Positions 18,629 to 26,000 of a stretch of 29,350 bases of DNA are shown one piece after another (positions within the stretch are counted from its first letter, which is position 1; every line of letters begins with the position of its first letter). The position numbers and the translations under genes are program-made. This DNA comes from a virus (lineage: Duplodnaviria > Caudoviricetes), in the IMG/VR virus record IMGVR_UViG_3300020042_006920, positions 1-29,350 of that record; one strand, given 5' to 3'. The notes below the pieces were generated by a model. That model saw only the letters and a program-made list of their open reading frames with translations, had not been told where the DNA came from and did not search any database.

Positions 18629-18910
18629 TTATAATTCTGTTTTATTCTTACTTAATTTATATTCAACCGACTTAATTATGTTTATTATAATCGCTACTAA
18701 ACAAGCGATAAATAAACTACCAGTAAATATCAAACTAAACCAAAATGAAAAACACTTCGGACAGCTAAGCATATAAGTAAATAAGTTTTGAATAATCTTA
18801 ATCCACTTTCTTTTAAATGTAAATTCATATGCCAACCCTGATATAAATTCTGATAAGTCAGATAAAACATAACATATCAAAGTAATTTGTAATAACTCAA
18901 TCCAATTCAT
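18629..18910 (-). CDS. Small membrane protein (DUF1360-like)
   Basis: 93 aa with hydrophobic segments and an LSCPKCFSFW motif. Confidence 0.55.
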   Translation of the reverse strand: MNWIELLQITLICYVLSDLSEFISGLAYEFTFKRKWIKIIQNLFTYMLSCPKCFSFWFSLIFTGSLFIACLVAIIINIIKSVEYKLSKNKTEL

Positions 18911-19574
18911 TTTCTTTTAAATAATACTTTATTCTCATTAAAGAGCGGTTTAAACTTAATCTTATAGTATCATACCCAATAGTTATTTTCTTACCCTCTA
19001 TTGTAGTTATTGCTAATTTGTTTTCAACCTTTCTTAAACTTGATATTGACTTTTTACAATTCGTGTCTCGTAAATCACCTAACCATCTATCATACCTGCC
19101 TATTTTATAATATATTTTAAATAGTTCTCTATCAACTAAATCTAACTTATTATCAACAAACCAAATAATCTTTTCCATTAACTCCTCTGGAAAAACATAA
19201 GTATCAGGTTCTATTTCAAGTGGTGAGTTATACTTCCACTCATTCTCTGATTGATAGCGGGGGTCAATAACAATAACATTTCCATCATAATTATTTCCCA
19301 TCTCTTTTCTAAACTTTTTATGAAATGGACTTGTTTTAGAATGGTATTGTTTCTTTAATATATTTACACATAAGTAATGTAAGTAATTATTATTATATGC
19401 TCCTAAAATCCTTCTATCATCCATCTCAAAAAGAATTAAGAATAGTTCTGCTTTTAAATCATCTTTTAATTGATTACCAGATGTTATAGTCCAGATTAAA
19501 TCTTTGATAAAATCACTTTTGTATAATTGAACTAATATATCATCTTTTGTTATTAATCGGGTTTTATGTTGCAC
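18897..19574 (-). CDS. Sigma-factor-like transcription regulator
   Basis: Region-2-like DDLKAELFLILFE...LHYLCVNILKKQY; region-4-like LDLVDRELFKIYY...SLRKV...TIRLSLNRSLMRIK. Start codon (GTG) uncertain. Confidence 0.6.
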   Translation of the reverse strand: MQHKTRLITKDDILVQLYKSDFIKDLIWTITSGNQLKDDLKAELFLILFEMDDRRILGAYNNNYLHYLCVNILKKQYHSKTSPFHKKFRKEMGNNYDGNVIVIDPRYQSENEWKYNSPLEIEPDTYVFPEELMEKIIWFVDNKLDLVDRELFKIYYKIGRYDRWLGDLRDTNCKKSISSLRKVENKLAITTIEGKKITIGYDTIRLSLNRSLMRIKYYLKENELD

Positions 19575-19589
19575 TAAATAGATTTGTTT

Positions 19590-20768
19590 TTATCTGATTC
19601 TAAATGGAACACGAACCTTACCCATTTTACCTCCGTGTGTAAATGCTGCATATCTCATAGCATCAAGTCCATCATCCCATTTTTTAACTATCTCATCAGT
19701 TATAGTTCCATCCTTTTTCTCAACCCATGAATACATCTTACTTTCTCTCCATAGATTTTCACTATTGATATATATTAATACTTGCTTACTCTTAATAAAA
19801 TCAATACCTTCTTTTACTCTTTTATCTGATAAGGATGCTCTTATTCCTTTTCTTCTTAAACTTTCTATAATATCAGGTCTCGCACTATCCACGTAAATCA
19901 TTTTAGTTCTATCATAGTTTGATTGTGAGACAAGATTTACTATGTCTTCAGCAGTTTTACCAGCCTCATAAAAAAGTTCTCTTATATACAATCTATTATC
20001 AGTAGCAAAAACCACCTCAATAAAAGCAGTGTAGTGATTAAATCCAATATCAATACCATAAGACCTATCCATTATTTCTGCTTCAAGTGGTAGATTATCA
20101 TACTTTACAAAGTGTGTATAAACAAGTGCTTGTGGAGCCATTCTTTCACCAAGAGCATAAACTTTATAATATCCCTCATCTACTTTAATTAAGTCCTCAA
20201 TATATTTGATTTGTTCTTTTGATAAGAACGGATTATCTTTATATGTAGATTTTATTAAAATAGAATCTGGTTGGTTAATTAAGTCATAAGCCCAGTGTTC
20301 TAATTCAGATGGGTTATAATCAATAAAAACTTTACCAGTTGTTCTCATTTTTAATTGAACCCAACTTTCTAAATCTATTTCATTTGCTTCATTACAATAA
20401 AGTATATCTCTTTTTCTACCACGAACTTTTTGAGCATCATCTAATGAAAAGAACTCTATGGTCGAACCATTTGGAAAGTTATAAATATACTCTGTCTTTT
20501 GATGGTTTTTATCTTCATAAACGTCAAGAGCATGCATTATCTCTTTCCAATCTCTCATAACCGAACCTCTTAAAGAAGGAAATGATTTTCTTACAATAGA
20601 TATTTGTGTATTTGGTTTAGTGAGTGCTATTATTATTAAGACCTGAACTATTGAATAAGTTTTGCTTGAACGTGAGCCACCCTGATTGATAATAGTTTTA
20701 AATTCAGGATTGTTCCAAGCAGAATAGTTTTGCTCAAATACAGGTGTTGCTTCTATATCTAAAATCAC
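19590..20768 (-). CDS. terL: Terminase large subunit (PBSX family)
   Basis: Walker A GGSRSSKT, RG.KRDIL, Walker B YCNEANE, DYNP, STYKDNPFL, and nuclease motifs GIDIGF, DSARP, DGLDAMRY. Confidence 0.95.
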   Translation of the reverse strand: MILDIEATPVFEQNYSAWNNPEFKTIINQGGSRSSKTYSIVQVLIIIALTKPNTQISIVRKSFPSLRGSVMRDWKEIMHALDVYEDKNHQKTEYIYNFPNGSTIEFFSLDDAQKVRGRKRDILYCNEANEIDLESWVQLKMRTTGKVFIDYNPSELEHWAYDLINQPDSILIKSTYKDNPFLSKEQIKYIEDLIKVDEGYYKVYALGERMAPQALVYTHFVKYDNLPLEAEIMDRSYGIDIGFNHYTAFIEVVFATDNRLYIRELFYEAGKTAEDIVNLVSQSNYDRTKMIYVDSARPDIIESLRRKGIRASLSDKRVKEGIDFIKSKQVLIYINSENLWRESKMYSWVEKKDGTITDEIVKKWDDGLDAMRYAAFTHGGKMGKVRVPFRIR

Positions 20769-21142
20769 TCACTGCTATCTTTTTTAATTACGATATTAAT
20801 TCCTTCTATTGTTTTTGATTCTATCTCTATTTTTTGAATGTATAATTGATTTACTTTATTCAACTCTTTTTGAACTTCAAGAGCACCCTTTGTATCACCA
20901 CTGCCAAGTAGTTTTTCTTTAAGGTTTTCTAAAAATAAGATTGCGTCTTGAAGAGCATTCCAATTCATCTCATTATAGATTTCACCCATGAGCTCTCTTG
21001 CTTCTTTAATTAACTCATAAGCTCTTGCTTGGTTAATATCATATGTTTCTTTTAAGTATTGAACTAATGATGTAGATGAGAATCCCCTTTTACATCTTAA
21101 TTCAACTAACTCTTCTATTACTTTATTCTTATCTGCTTTCAT
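20765..21142 (-). CDS. Putative terminase small subunit
   Basis: 125 aa helical protein with an HTH-like N-terminus and beta-strand tail (KIEIE...INIVI); 4-nt overlap with terL. Confidence 0.6.
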   Translation of the reverse strand: MKADKNKVIEELVELRCKRGFSSTSLVQYLKETYDINQARAYELIKEARELMGEIYNEMNWNALQDAILFLENLKEKLLGSGDTKGALEVQKELNKVNQLYIQKIEIESKTIEGINIVIKKDSSE

Positions 21143-21171
21143 AAACTACACTTTTTACACTTATATATTAA

Positions 21172-21468
21172 TTAAAAGTATTTAAAACTTACTGGGAAGC
21201 TTTGCCACAGTTGCTTATCATTAAAATAATCAGTTAATATAAGGTGGGCCTCCCATCGTTTAGCATCACCCATATTATCAAATTCTTTTATAAGATTTAC
21301 TTTTATATCTTTATTACCTTCTAATTTAATCTTTTTGTAAAGATATTTACTATCTGATTCTTTTTCTATCTCTTTAAAGTGTTGTCTTTTTCTACGATTA
21401 AAGTTATTAGTATAACCAATATACCTTCTAACCCCATCAATTAAGATTTCATAAACACAATAAATCAT
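21172..21468 (-). CDS. GIY-YIG family endonuclease
   Basis: CVY...RYIGYTNNFNRRKRQH and a conserved Glu in AKRWEAHLI. Confidence 0.8.
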   Translation of the reverse strand: MIYCVYEILIDGVRRYIGYTNNFNRRKRQHFKEIEKESDSKYLYKKIKLEGNKDIKVNLIKEFDNMGDAKRWEAHLILTDYFNDKQLWQSFPVSFKYF

Positions 21469-21689
21469 TTGTTTTTTGGAACTGATTTTAAAAGGTTATA
21501 ATGTTCTTCACTAACCATTATAAGTGTATCATTATAAGTTACAAATTTTGTTTTACCTGCTTCTATGTTTTCATTATATGTTAATAAGTCCATTACAAAC
21601 TCTCTACCATTAAGGTCTATATTAATTACTGCTGTTGGTAGTTGTTGAGACCAACCTCCTTCTTTCCATTCTAAATCATTTATACTCAT
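21465..21689 (-). CDS. Hypothetical protein
   Basis: 74 aa, translationally coupled to both neighbours. Confidence 0.6.
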   Translation of the reverse strand: MSINDLEWKEGGWSQQLPTAVINIDLNGREFVMDLLTYNENIEAGKTKFVTYNDTLIMVSEEHYNLLKSVPKNK

Positions 21690-23653
21690 TATTTAATAAA
21701 CTTTTTATATTGTTCGTAGTTCTCTATTCTTGCCTCAGCAATCTTAAAGTAATCTCCGTCCATCTCCATGCCACAAAATCTAAACCCTTCTAATTGTGCG
21801 GCTATACCAGTTGAACCAGAACCCATAAAAGGGTCAAAGACAATACCATTTGGTGGTGTTACTAATCTAACAAGATAAGCCATAAGAGCAACTGGCTTAA
21901 TAGTTGGATGTGTGTTCTTCTTTTTAGCATTTAATCTTTCTGGTTCTTCACAAACGCATTGACTATTTTTTGGTGCTAAAAATTGTTTATTACATTTACC
22001 ACATTTATCTTGTGCACCGTGTGGCATCTCTTGTTCTTCAAACTCATCTAACCCCATATTTCTTTCTTGTTTAGAAACTTTTGCTTGATAGAAAAATCTA
22101 TCGCTTTTTATATTCTCTGTGGTATTCGTTATGGTGTTCTCTATTATCGTCTCTCCACTCTTTAAGTTTTCTTCCAGAACATAACTTACAATAGGCACTA
22201 ATACCTCTTGATTTGTTTTTATAGAACTCACTAACGCATTTTGATTGCTTACAATCTGAACATTCAATATATTCTCTTCCGTCAATAAGTGTGACTGCTT
22301 TTCGTCTATCATCAGCGTGAAGTTTCCAATGGTCGTCTTTGTGTAAGCATTCAAGATTGTTAAGTTCATTATTGAGTTTGTTTTCATCTTTGTGATGGAT
22401 ATGGTGGTCATCAGGTATTGAGCCGTTGTGTTGTTCCCATACAACTCTGGCTTCTGGCATATACTTTCTCTTGCCTGTTTTAAGGCATCTGACGCTTCTA
22501 TATTCTCTTCCGTGTTGTATTCTTGTGTAGTTAAGGATTTTATATTCCATAGTATTATATTATTTTCTTTATATATAAAAAAATCCTCTGTCCCTCCACC
22601 TTTTATCTGTTGAAAATAACGACTTGCTCCACCTTTATCATTATATTCATAATTTTTGTTTCCACCACCAAATGTCTTACCACCTGGCTTACCATCTTTC
22701 TTTTTACTATAATCACTTACACCACTTTGTTCGTCCATCAAACGACAAGGACACATAGGATTAGTGTGTATATCACCTTTATCATTATAATTATCTGGTG
22801 CTGCGCCTTCTTTACTACCAAAATTACCAACTGAATTATAATCGTGTTTAGTTCTATCTCTACTACCACTTCTTTTAACTTCACCTTTTTCACCTTTAAT
22901 AACCTCATCACATAAACACTCTAATATGATGTTGGCTGGAAATCTACCTTCATTTAGTTCAGCAACCATACCGCTATTATGTCTTCCACCCTCAAACATA
23001 GTATCACTATCTTTGTTTATATCAACTTTCATAGTTCCACCTTCTGTTCCAACACGACAACCATCTATATTTATACCACCAGTTCCCCATCTTAAAACAT
23101 TCTCAGCAACTGACTTCTCACTTAGTGGCTTACGAGCAACACAGATAGGTTCATTTGCTGGTTTAAGAGCAGTTCCCCAACCTTCCCACTCAGAGTTTCC
23201 TTTTGTTATATCTGGGTGTGTTGTTCTTCCATTTTGTGAGGCACCAGCACTTCTTCTCTCAGCCTCATCACTTGCTTTATATGGGCTTTCGCATACCCAC
23301 TCTCTTTCATTACCTTGTAATTTATCAACTGCCTTTCCTATGTTATGACTTTTAGGAAATCCACTTCCATATAACCACATAATTTGGTCTCTAATCTCAA
23401 AACCAGCATCTTCTATATTCACAACCATTCTGTGATATGTTCTTGTGCCACCAAAACTGAGAACGTGGCCTCCTGGTTTTAGAACTCTAAGGACTTCTTT
23501 CCAGAACTCAACAGATGGAACATCATAATCCCACTTCTTACCCATAAAAGATAAACCGTAAGGTGGGTCTGTTACGATTGAATCAATTGAATTGTCTGGT
23601 AGTTTTTGTAGTGATTTGATGTTGTCTCCCAACATTAGTTTAGTTTTTTTCAT
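21689..23653 (-). CDS. DNA methyltransferase, N6-A/N4-C beta class, carrying a 174-codon in-frame insertion
   Basis: TDPPY catalytic motif, RVLKPGG, YGSGFPKS, GRFPAN, HPTIKP and the DPFMGSGSTG SAM-binding motif. Confidence 0.9.
   Translation of the reverse strand: MKKTKLMLGDNIKSLQKLPDNSIDSIVTDPPYGLSFMGKKWDYDVPSVEFWKEVLRVLKPGGHVLSFGGTRTYHRMVVNIEDAGFEIRDQIMWLYGSGFPKSHNIGKAVDKLQGNEREWVCESPYKASDEAERRSAGASQNGRTTHPDITKGNSEWEGWGTALKPANEPICVARKPLSEKSVAENVLRWGTGGINIDGCRVGTEGGTMKVDINKDSDTMFEGGRHNSGMVAELNEGRFPANIILECLCDEVIKGEKGEVKRSGSRDRTKHDYNSVGNFGSKEGAAPDNYNDKGDIHTNPMCPCRLMDEQSGVSDYSKKKDGKPGGKTFGGGNKNYEYNDKGGASRYFQQIKGGGTEDFFIYKENNIILWNIKSLTTQEYNTEENIEASDALKQARESICQKPELYGNNTTAQYLMTTISITKMKTNSIMNLTILNAYTKTTIGNFTLMIDEKQSHLLTEENILNVQIVSNQNALVSSIKTNQEVLVPIVSYVLEENLKSGETIIENTITNTTENIKSDRFFYQAKVSKQERNMGLDEFEEQEMPHGAQDKCGKCNKQFLAPKNSQCVCEEPERLNAKKKNTHPTIKPVALMAYLVRLVTPPNGIVFDPFMGSGSTGIAAQLEGFRFCGMEMDGDYFKIAEARIENYEQYKKFIK
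22098..22550 (-). CDS. HNH endonuclease (HNH_3-like) with a C-terminal CxxC...CxxC zinc finger, nested in another frame of the methyltransferase gene
   Basis: RVVWEQHNGSIP..HHIHHKDENKLNN.L.NLECL....H...H; CSDC...YCKLC; has its own ATG, stop and upstream promoter-like motif. Confidence 0.9.
   Translation of the reverse strand: MEYKILNYTRIQHGREYRSVRCLKTGKRKYMPEARVVWEQHNGSIPDDHHIHHKDENKLNNELNNLECLHKDDHWKLHADDRRKAVTLIDGREYIECSDCKQSKCVSEFYKNKSRGISAYCKLCSGRKLKEWRDDNREHHNEYHREYKKR
22100..22621 (-). mobile_element. Putative splicing-independent homing-endonuclease insertion (522 nt)
   Basis: Separates GGAS from RFFYQAK of the methyltransferase; length is a multiple of 3; contains only a promoter-like motif plus the HNH ORF. 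Confidence 0.6.
22569..22594 (-). promoter_or_regulatory. Internal promoter-like motif for the nested HNH gene
   Basis: GGGACAGAGGATTTTTTTATATATAA, 21/26 identical without gaps to the motif at 23675..23700. Confidence 0.65.
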
Positions 23654-23674
23654 ATATCCTTTTTTTTATATTTA

Positions 23675-23700
23675 TTATATATTAAAAAGTATTCAGTCCC
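23675..23700 (-). promoter_or_regulatory. Promoter-like motif upstream of the methyltransferase gene (AATATATA class)
   Basis: GGGACTGAATACTTTTTAATATATAA; TAATATATA recurs upstream of the starts at 21142, 24693, 25317 and 26001. Confidence 0.6.
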
Positions 23701-23712
23701 TAAAAAAATTGT

Positions 23713-24693
23713 TTATAATTCCTTAAAGTCAAACTCTATCTGTGGATATTTGTTTTTACAATATAAAAGAACATCGTCAGCATCAACTGTTCTTACTAAT
23801 AAAGCATCGTGTATAGGAAGGGCAAAGTTTGTTGGTATATTTTGTAATAAATCATCAATCCATATTTTAGCTTCTCGTCTTTGTAAAAAGGCAGAAGCAT
23901 CTTTATAACTTCTTGTCTTTAATGATTTAATAAAGTTAGATGTATTTTGAAATAATTGGAATATACCTGTGTTTGGAACATAACCATCGGCATTAATCCA
24001 AAACATAAAAAGGTCTTTTGCTTCTTGTCTTGTTTTTAGATTCAATTCTTTTATTAGAACATTATAAAAATCTCTACCACTCTCAAATACATCATAATAC
24101 TCTTTATCATAAATACCCTTTTCTTTCATTATAAGGTAAAGTAATCTCGGTTGAGAACATTTAGCATCTATAATACTAAATCCCTTATCTTTTAAGAATG
24201 ATTTGTGGTTGTATATTGCGTTATGATGAACTCTACGTCCAAATGTATCTCTTGATATATTTGGTTCGTAAGCGAGTGATATAAGTGATGATTTTATAAT
24301 CTCATACCACCTCATATTATTTGGGTTCTCAACATCAAAATCATATTCAGTTCCAATTTCAGTATCAATTAAGAACTTATATTTCATACAAAATCCTAAT
24401 GTTTTGTTGTAGTATTTCTTTTCAACACTATTGAATATATCGTTTGGGTCGGTTGTAGGTCTTGAATAGTATTTGATAATTCCATCTTCTATAAACTTAT
24501 CAATAATTTTGTAATACCTTAAATTTATTACTTTAAGATACTCTGATGGGACATCAAAATATCCAGTTTGTGGATTTTTCCTATCTTCTCTGCCTTTGAG
24601 AGCGCAGTATATTTTATATGCTTTTTCTTTTACATCTTTTCTTTTAAATTCATTTATTGAATCTATTACTTGTTGTGGTATTATCATTTTCAT
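23713..24693 (-). CDS. Minimal family-A polymerase / T7-RNAP-like palm protein (TV-Pol-like) with an N-terminal putative wHTH
   Basis: DTFGRRVH, motif A IIDAKCSQPRLL, DFY, motif B RQEAKDLF, LQRREA, motif C PIHDALLV. ATG 24693 preferred over TTG 24720, which lies within the promoter motif. Confidence 0.65.
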   Translation of the reverse strand: MKMIIPQQVIDSINEFKRKDVKEKAYKIYCALKGREDRKNPQTGYFDVPSEYLKVINLRYYKIIDKFIEDGIIKYYSRPTTDPNDIFNSVEKKYYNKTLGFCMKYKFLIDTEIGTEYDFDVENPNNMRWYEIIKSSLISLAYEPNISRDTFGRRVHHNAIYNHKSFLKDKGFSIIDAKCSQPRLLYLIMKEKGIYDKEYYDVFESGRDFYNVLIKELNLKTRQEAKDLFMFWINADGYVPNTGIFQLFQNTSNFIKSLKTRSYKDASAFLQRREAKIWIDDLLQNIPTNFALPIHDALLVRTVDADDVLLYCKNKYPQIEFDFKEL

Positions 24694-24697
24694 ATAG

Positions 24698-24725
24698 TAT
24701 ATATTAAAAGTGAATAACAAAGTTT
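24698..24725 (-). promoter_or_regulatory. Promoter-like motif AAACTTT-N13-AATATATA
   Basis: Shares the 15-nt CACTTTTAATATATA with 25981..25995 (+) and the AAACTTT-N13-AATATA layout with 15637..15662. Confidence 0.55.
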
Positions 24726-24806
24726 ATAAAGTGAGGATTTTATATGGTATAAAATGTAAAGTGGGATAAAGTGAATAAGATTATATATGATATAGATATA
24801 TATATT
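24706..24806. repeat. Four AAAGTG-core direct repeats plus a TA-rich tract; possible origin or operator
   Basis: (A/T)AAAGTG at 24706, 24727, 24757 and 24767; AAAGTGAATAA occurs twice; TA-rich tract at 24781..24806. Confidence 0.45.
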
Positions 24807-24850
24807 TGGTTTTACCCACCACACTCTTAACTTGTTTAAATGTTTTTAAG

Positions 24851-24875
24851 TTAAAGACACTCACCCAAGAGTGTC
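24851..24875 (-). terminator. Probable terminator after the early operon
   Basis: GACACTC-N6-GAGTGTC hairpin (24856..24875), 10 nt after the stop at 24886; short T tract. Confidence 0.55.
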
Positions 24876-24885
24876 GTTTTAAACC

Positions 24886-25317
24886 TTAATCTTTCCATTC
24901 AAACCCGAAAACATCTATCTCTTTATTACCATCAACTATATCTTTTTGTTTTAAAATATAATCCATACCATCACTCGCTCCATAAATAGCATCGGCTCTT
25001 GCTCTTAAAGATTTAATCATAGCAATAATTTCATCTCTTTCATAACTTACATAATAACCATTTGAGGTTGATATTACTGGTAAAGTAGCGGTGCATCTAA
25101 AATAATTAACCATTTTTCTTAAACGTGCTTCTGTAAAAGGTTTTGTTAAACAATAGTTAGTTAATCCATCCTCCCTTCTTTTATTAACACCACGCACTAT
25201 ATCTTTTGCGTAAAGTGGTTTTTTTGGATTTGTTTTTAACAGAACTCTTTTTAAAGTTGGTAGAAAATTAATCTCCTCATCGTTTAATTTCTCCAAGTGT
25301 ATTACTTCATTTATCAT
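24886..25317 (-). CDS. Winged helix-turn-helix DNA-binding protein
   Basis: TEARLRKMVNYFR....PVISTSNGYY is a recognition helix plus wing pattern. Confidence 0.65.
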   Translation of the reverse strand: MINEVIHLEKLNDEEINFLPTLKRVLLKTNPKKPLYAKDIVRGVNKRREDGLTNYCLTKPFTEARLRKMVNYFRCTATLPVISTSNGYYVSYERDEIIAMIKSLRARADAIYGASDGMDYILKQKDIVDGNKEIDVFGFEWKD

Positions 25318-25347
25318 ATCTTTTTGTTTTTTCTTATATATATTAAA

Positions 25348-25680
25348 TTAAACATCCTCTCTTATAATCTTTTTTAATTTCCAATCTCTAAAATCATTAA
25401 AAGGTATTTGCATATGAATTACTTGCGACGTCCAACACTTACACCAATTAGAATTTTCTATATCAATTGGAAATTGAAACTCAATACAAACACCTATATT
25501 TAACTTATTATCTTTAAGATAAGAACCAGCCCATTTTATCTTTGTTAATTTTGCTATCATACCTTTTGGTAGTTTCATCTTTTGAAATGATTCTAAAATA
25601 ACCTCACGAACCATTTTTTTATCATTTTTATTCCATACAATATATGAACCACCCCAGTCCATCGTTTCTTCTTTAAACAT
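25348..25680 (-). CDS. Hypothetical protein
   Basis: 110 aa, operon-packed; ends FRDWKLKKIIREDV. Confidence 0.6.
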   Translation of the reverse strand: MFKEETMDWGGSYIVWNKNDKKMVREVILESFQKMKLPKGMIAKLTKIKWAGSYLKDNKLNIGVCIEFQFPIDIENSNWCKCWTSQVIHMQIPFNDFRDWKLKKIIREDV

Positions 25681-25681
25681 A

Positions 25682-25891
25682 TTAATCTTTATTTGTATAG
25701 TAATCCCAGAACGTGTGTTCTATATTCTTTAAAAGTAGTAAATCTTTTTGATAATCCTCTTTTGATACATCCTTAAAGATATACTTACTCCGAATTAACT
25801 TTAATTCCATACCCCAAATACTCCCTTCAACAAGTGGAAACCATTCATCAATCTTTGAAATGATTTCTCCTTTACATTTATCATTTATCAT
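25682..25891 (-). CDS. Hypothetical protein (69 aa, MINDKCKGE...)
   Basis: The track's start at 25909 lies inside the -7 promoter element; ATG 25891 preferred. Confidence 0.55.
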   Translation of the reverse strand: MINDKCKGEIISKIDEWFPLVEGSIWGMELKLIRSKYIFKDVSKEDYQKDLLLLKNIEHTFWDYYTNKD

Positions 25892-25906
25892 ATCCTTATA
25901 TTTCCA

Positions 25907-25937
25907 CAAATATACGGACTAATTATAAAAAAACAAA
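25907..25937 (-). promoter_or_regulatory. Bacteroidota housekeeping-sigma promoter (-33 TTTG / -7 TAnnTTTG)
   Basis: Minus strand TTTG-N19-TATATTTG in the divergent intergenic region, ending 16 nt from ATG 25891. Confidence 0.75.
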
Positions 25938-25970
25938 ATAATTTCAATCTTTTTTTAAATTTTCTTTAAA

Positions 25971-25995
25971 GGTGGAACTCCACTTTTAATATATA
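25971..25995 (+). promoter_or_regulatory. AATATATA-class promoter-like motif for the plus-strand operon
   Basis: GGTGGAACTCCACTTTTAATATATA; same GG...ATATATA register as 23700 and 22594. Confidence 0.55.
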
Positions 25996-26000
25996 TTAAT

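Noticed and set aside
22100-22621. Intein or self-splicing intron explanation for the methyltransferase insert
   Set aside because: No intein terminal motifs and the nuclease is out of frame with the host protein; too little non-HNH sequence for a ribozyme core. A core overlapping the ORF cannot be fully excluded without covariance-model searches.
22428-23348. Plus-strand ORFs opposite the methyltransferase (22428..22613, 22610..22834, 22926..23348)
   Set aside because: Antisense to a well-conserved gene, with no recognisable motifs or expression signals.
24801-24808. Plus-strand TATATTTG as a host -7 promoter element
   Set aside because: No TTTG at the -33 position and no downstream plus-strand gene; lies in a TA-rich tract.
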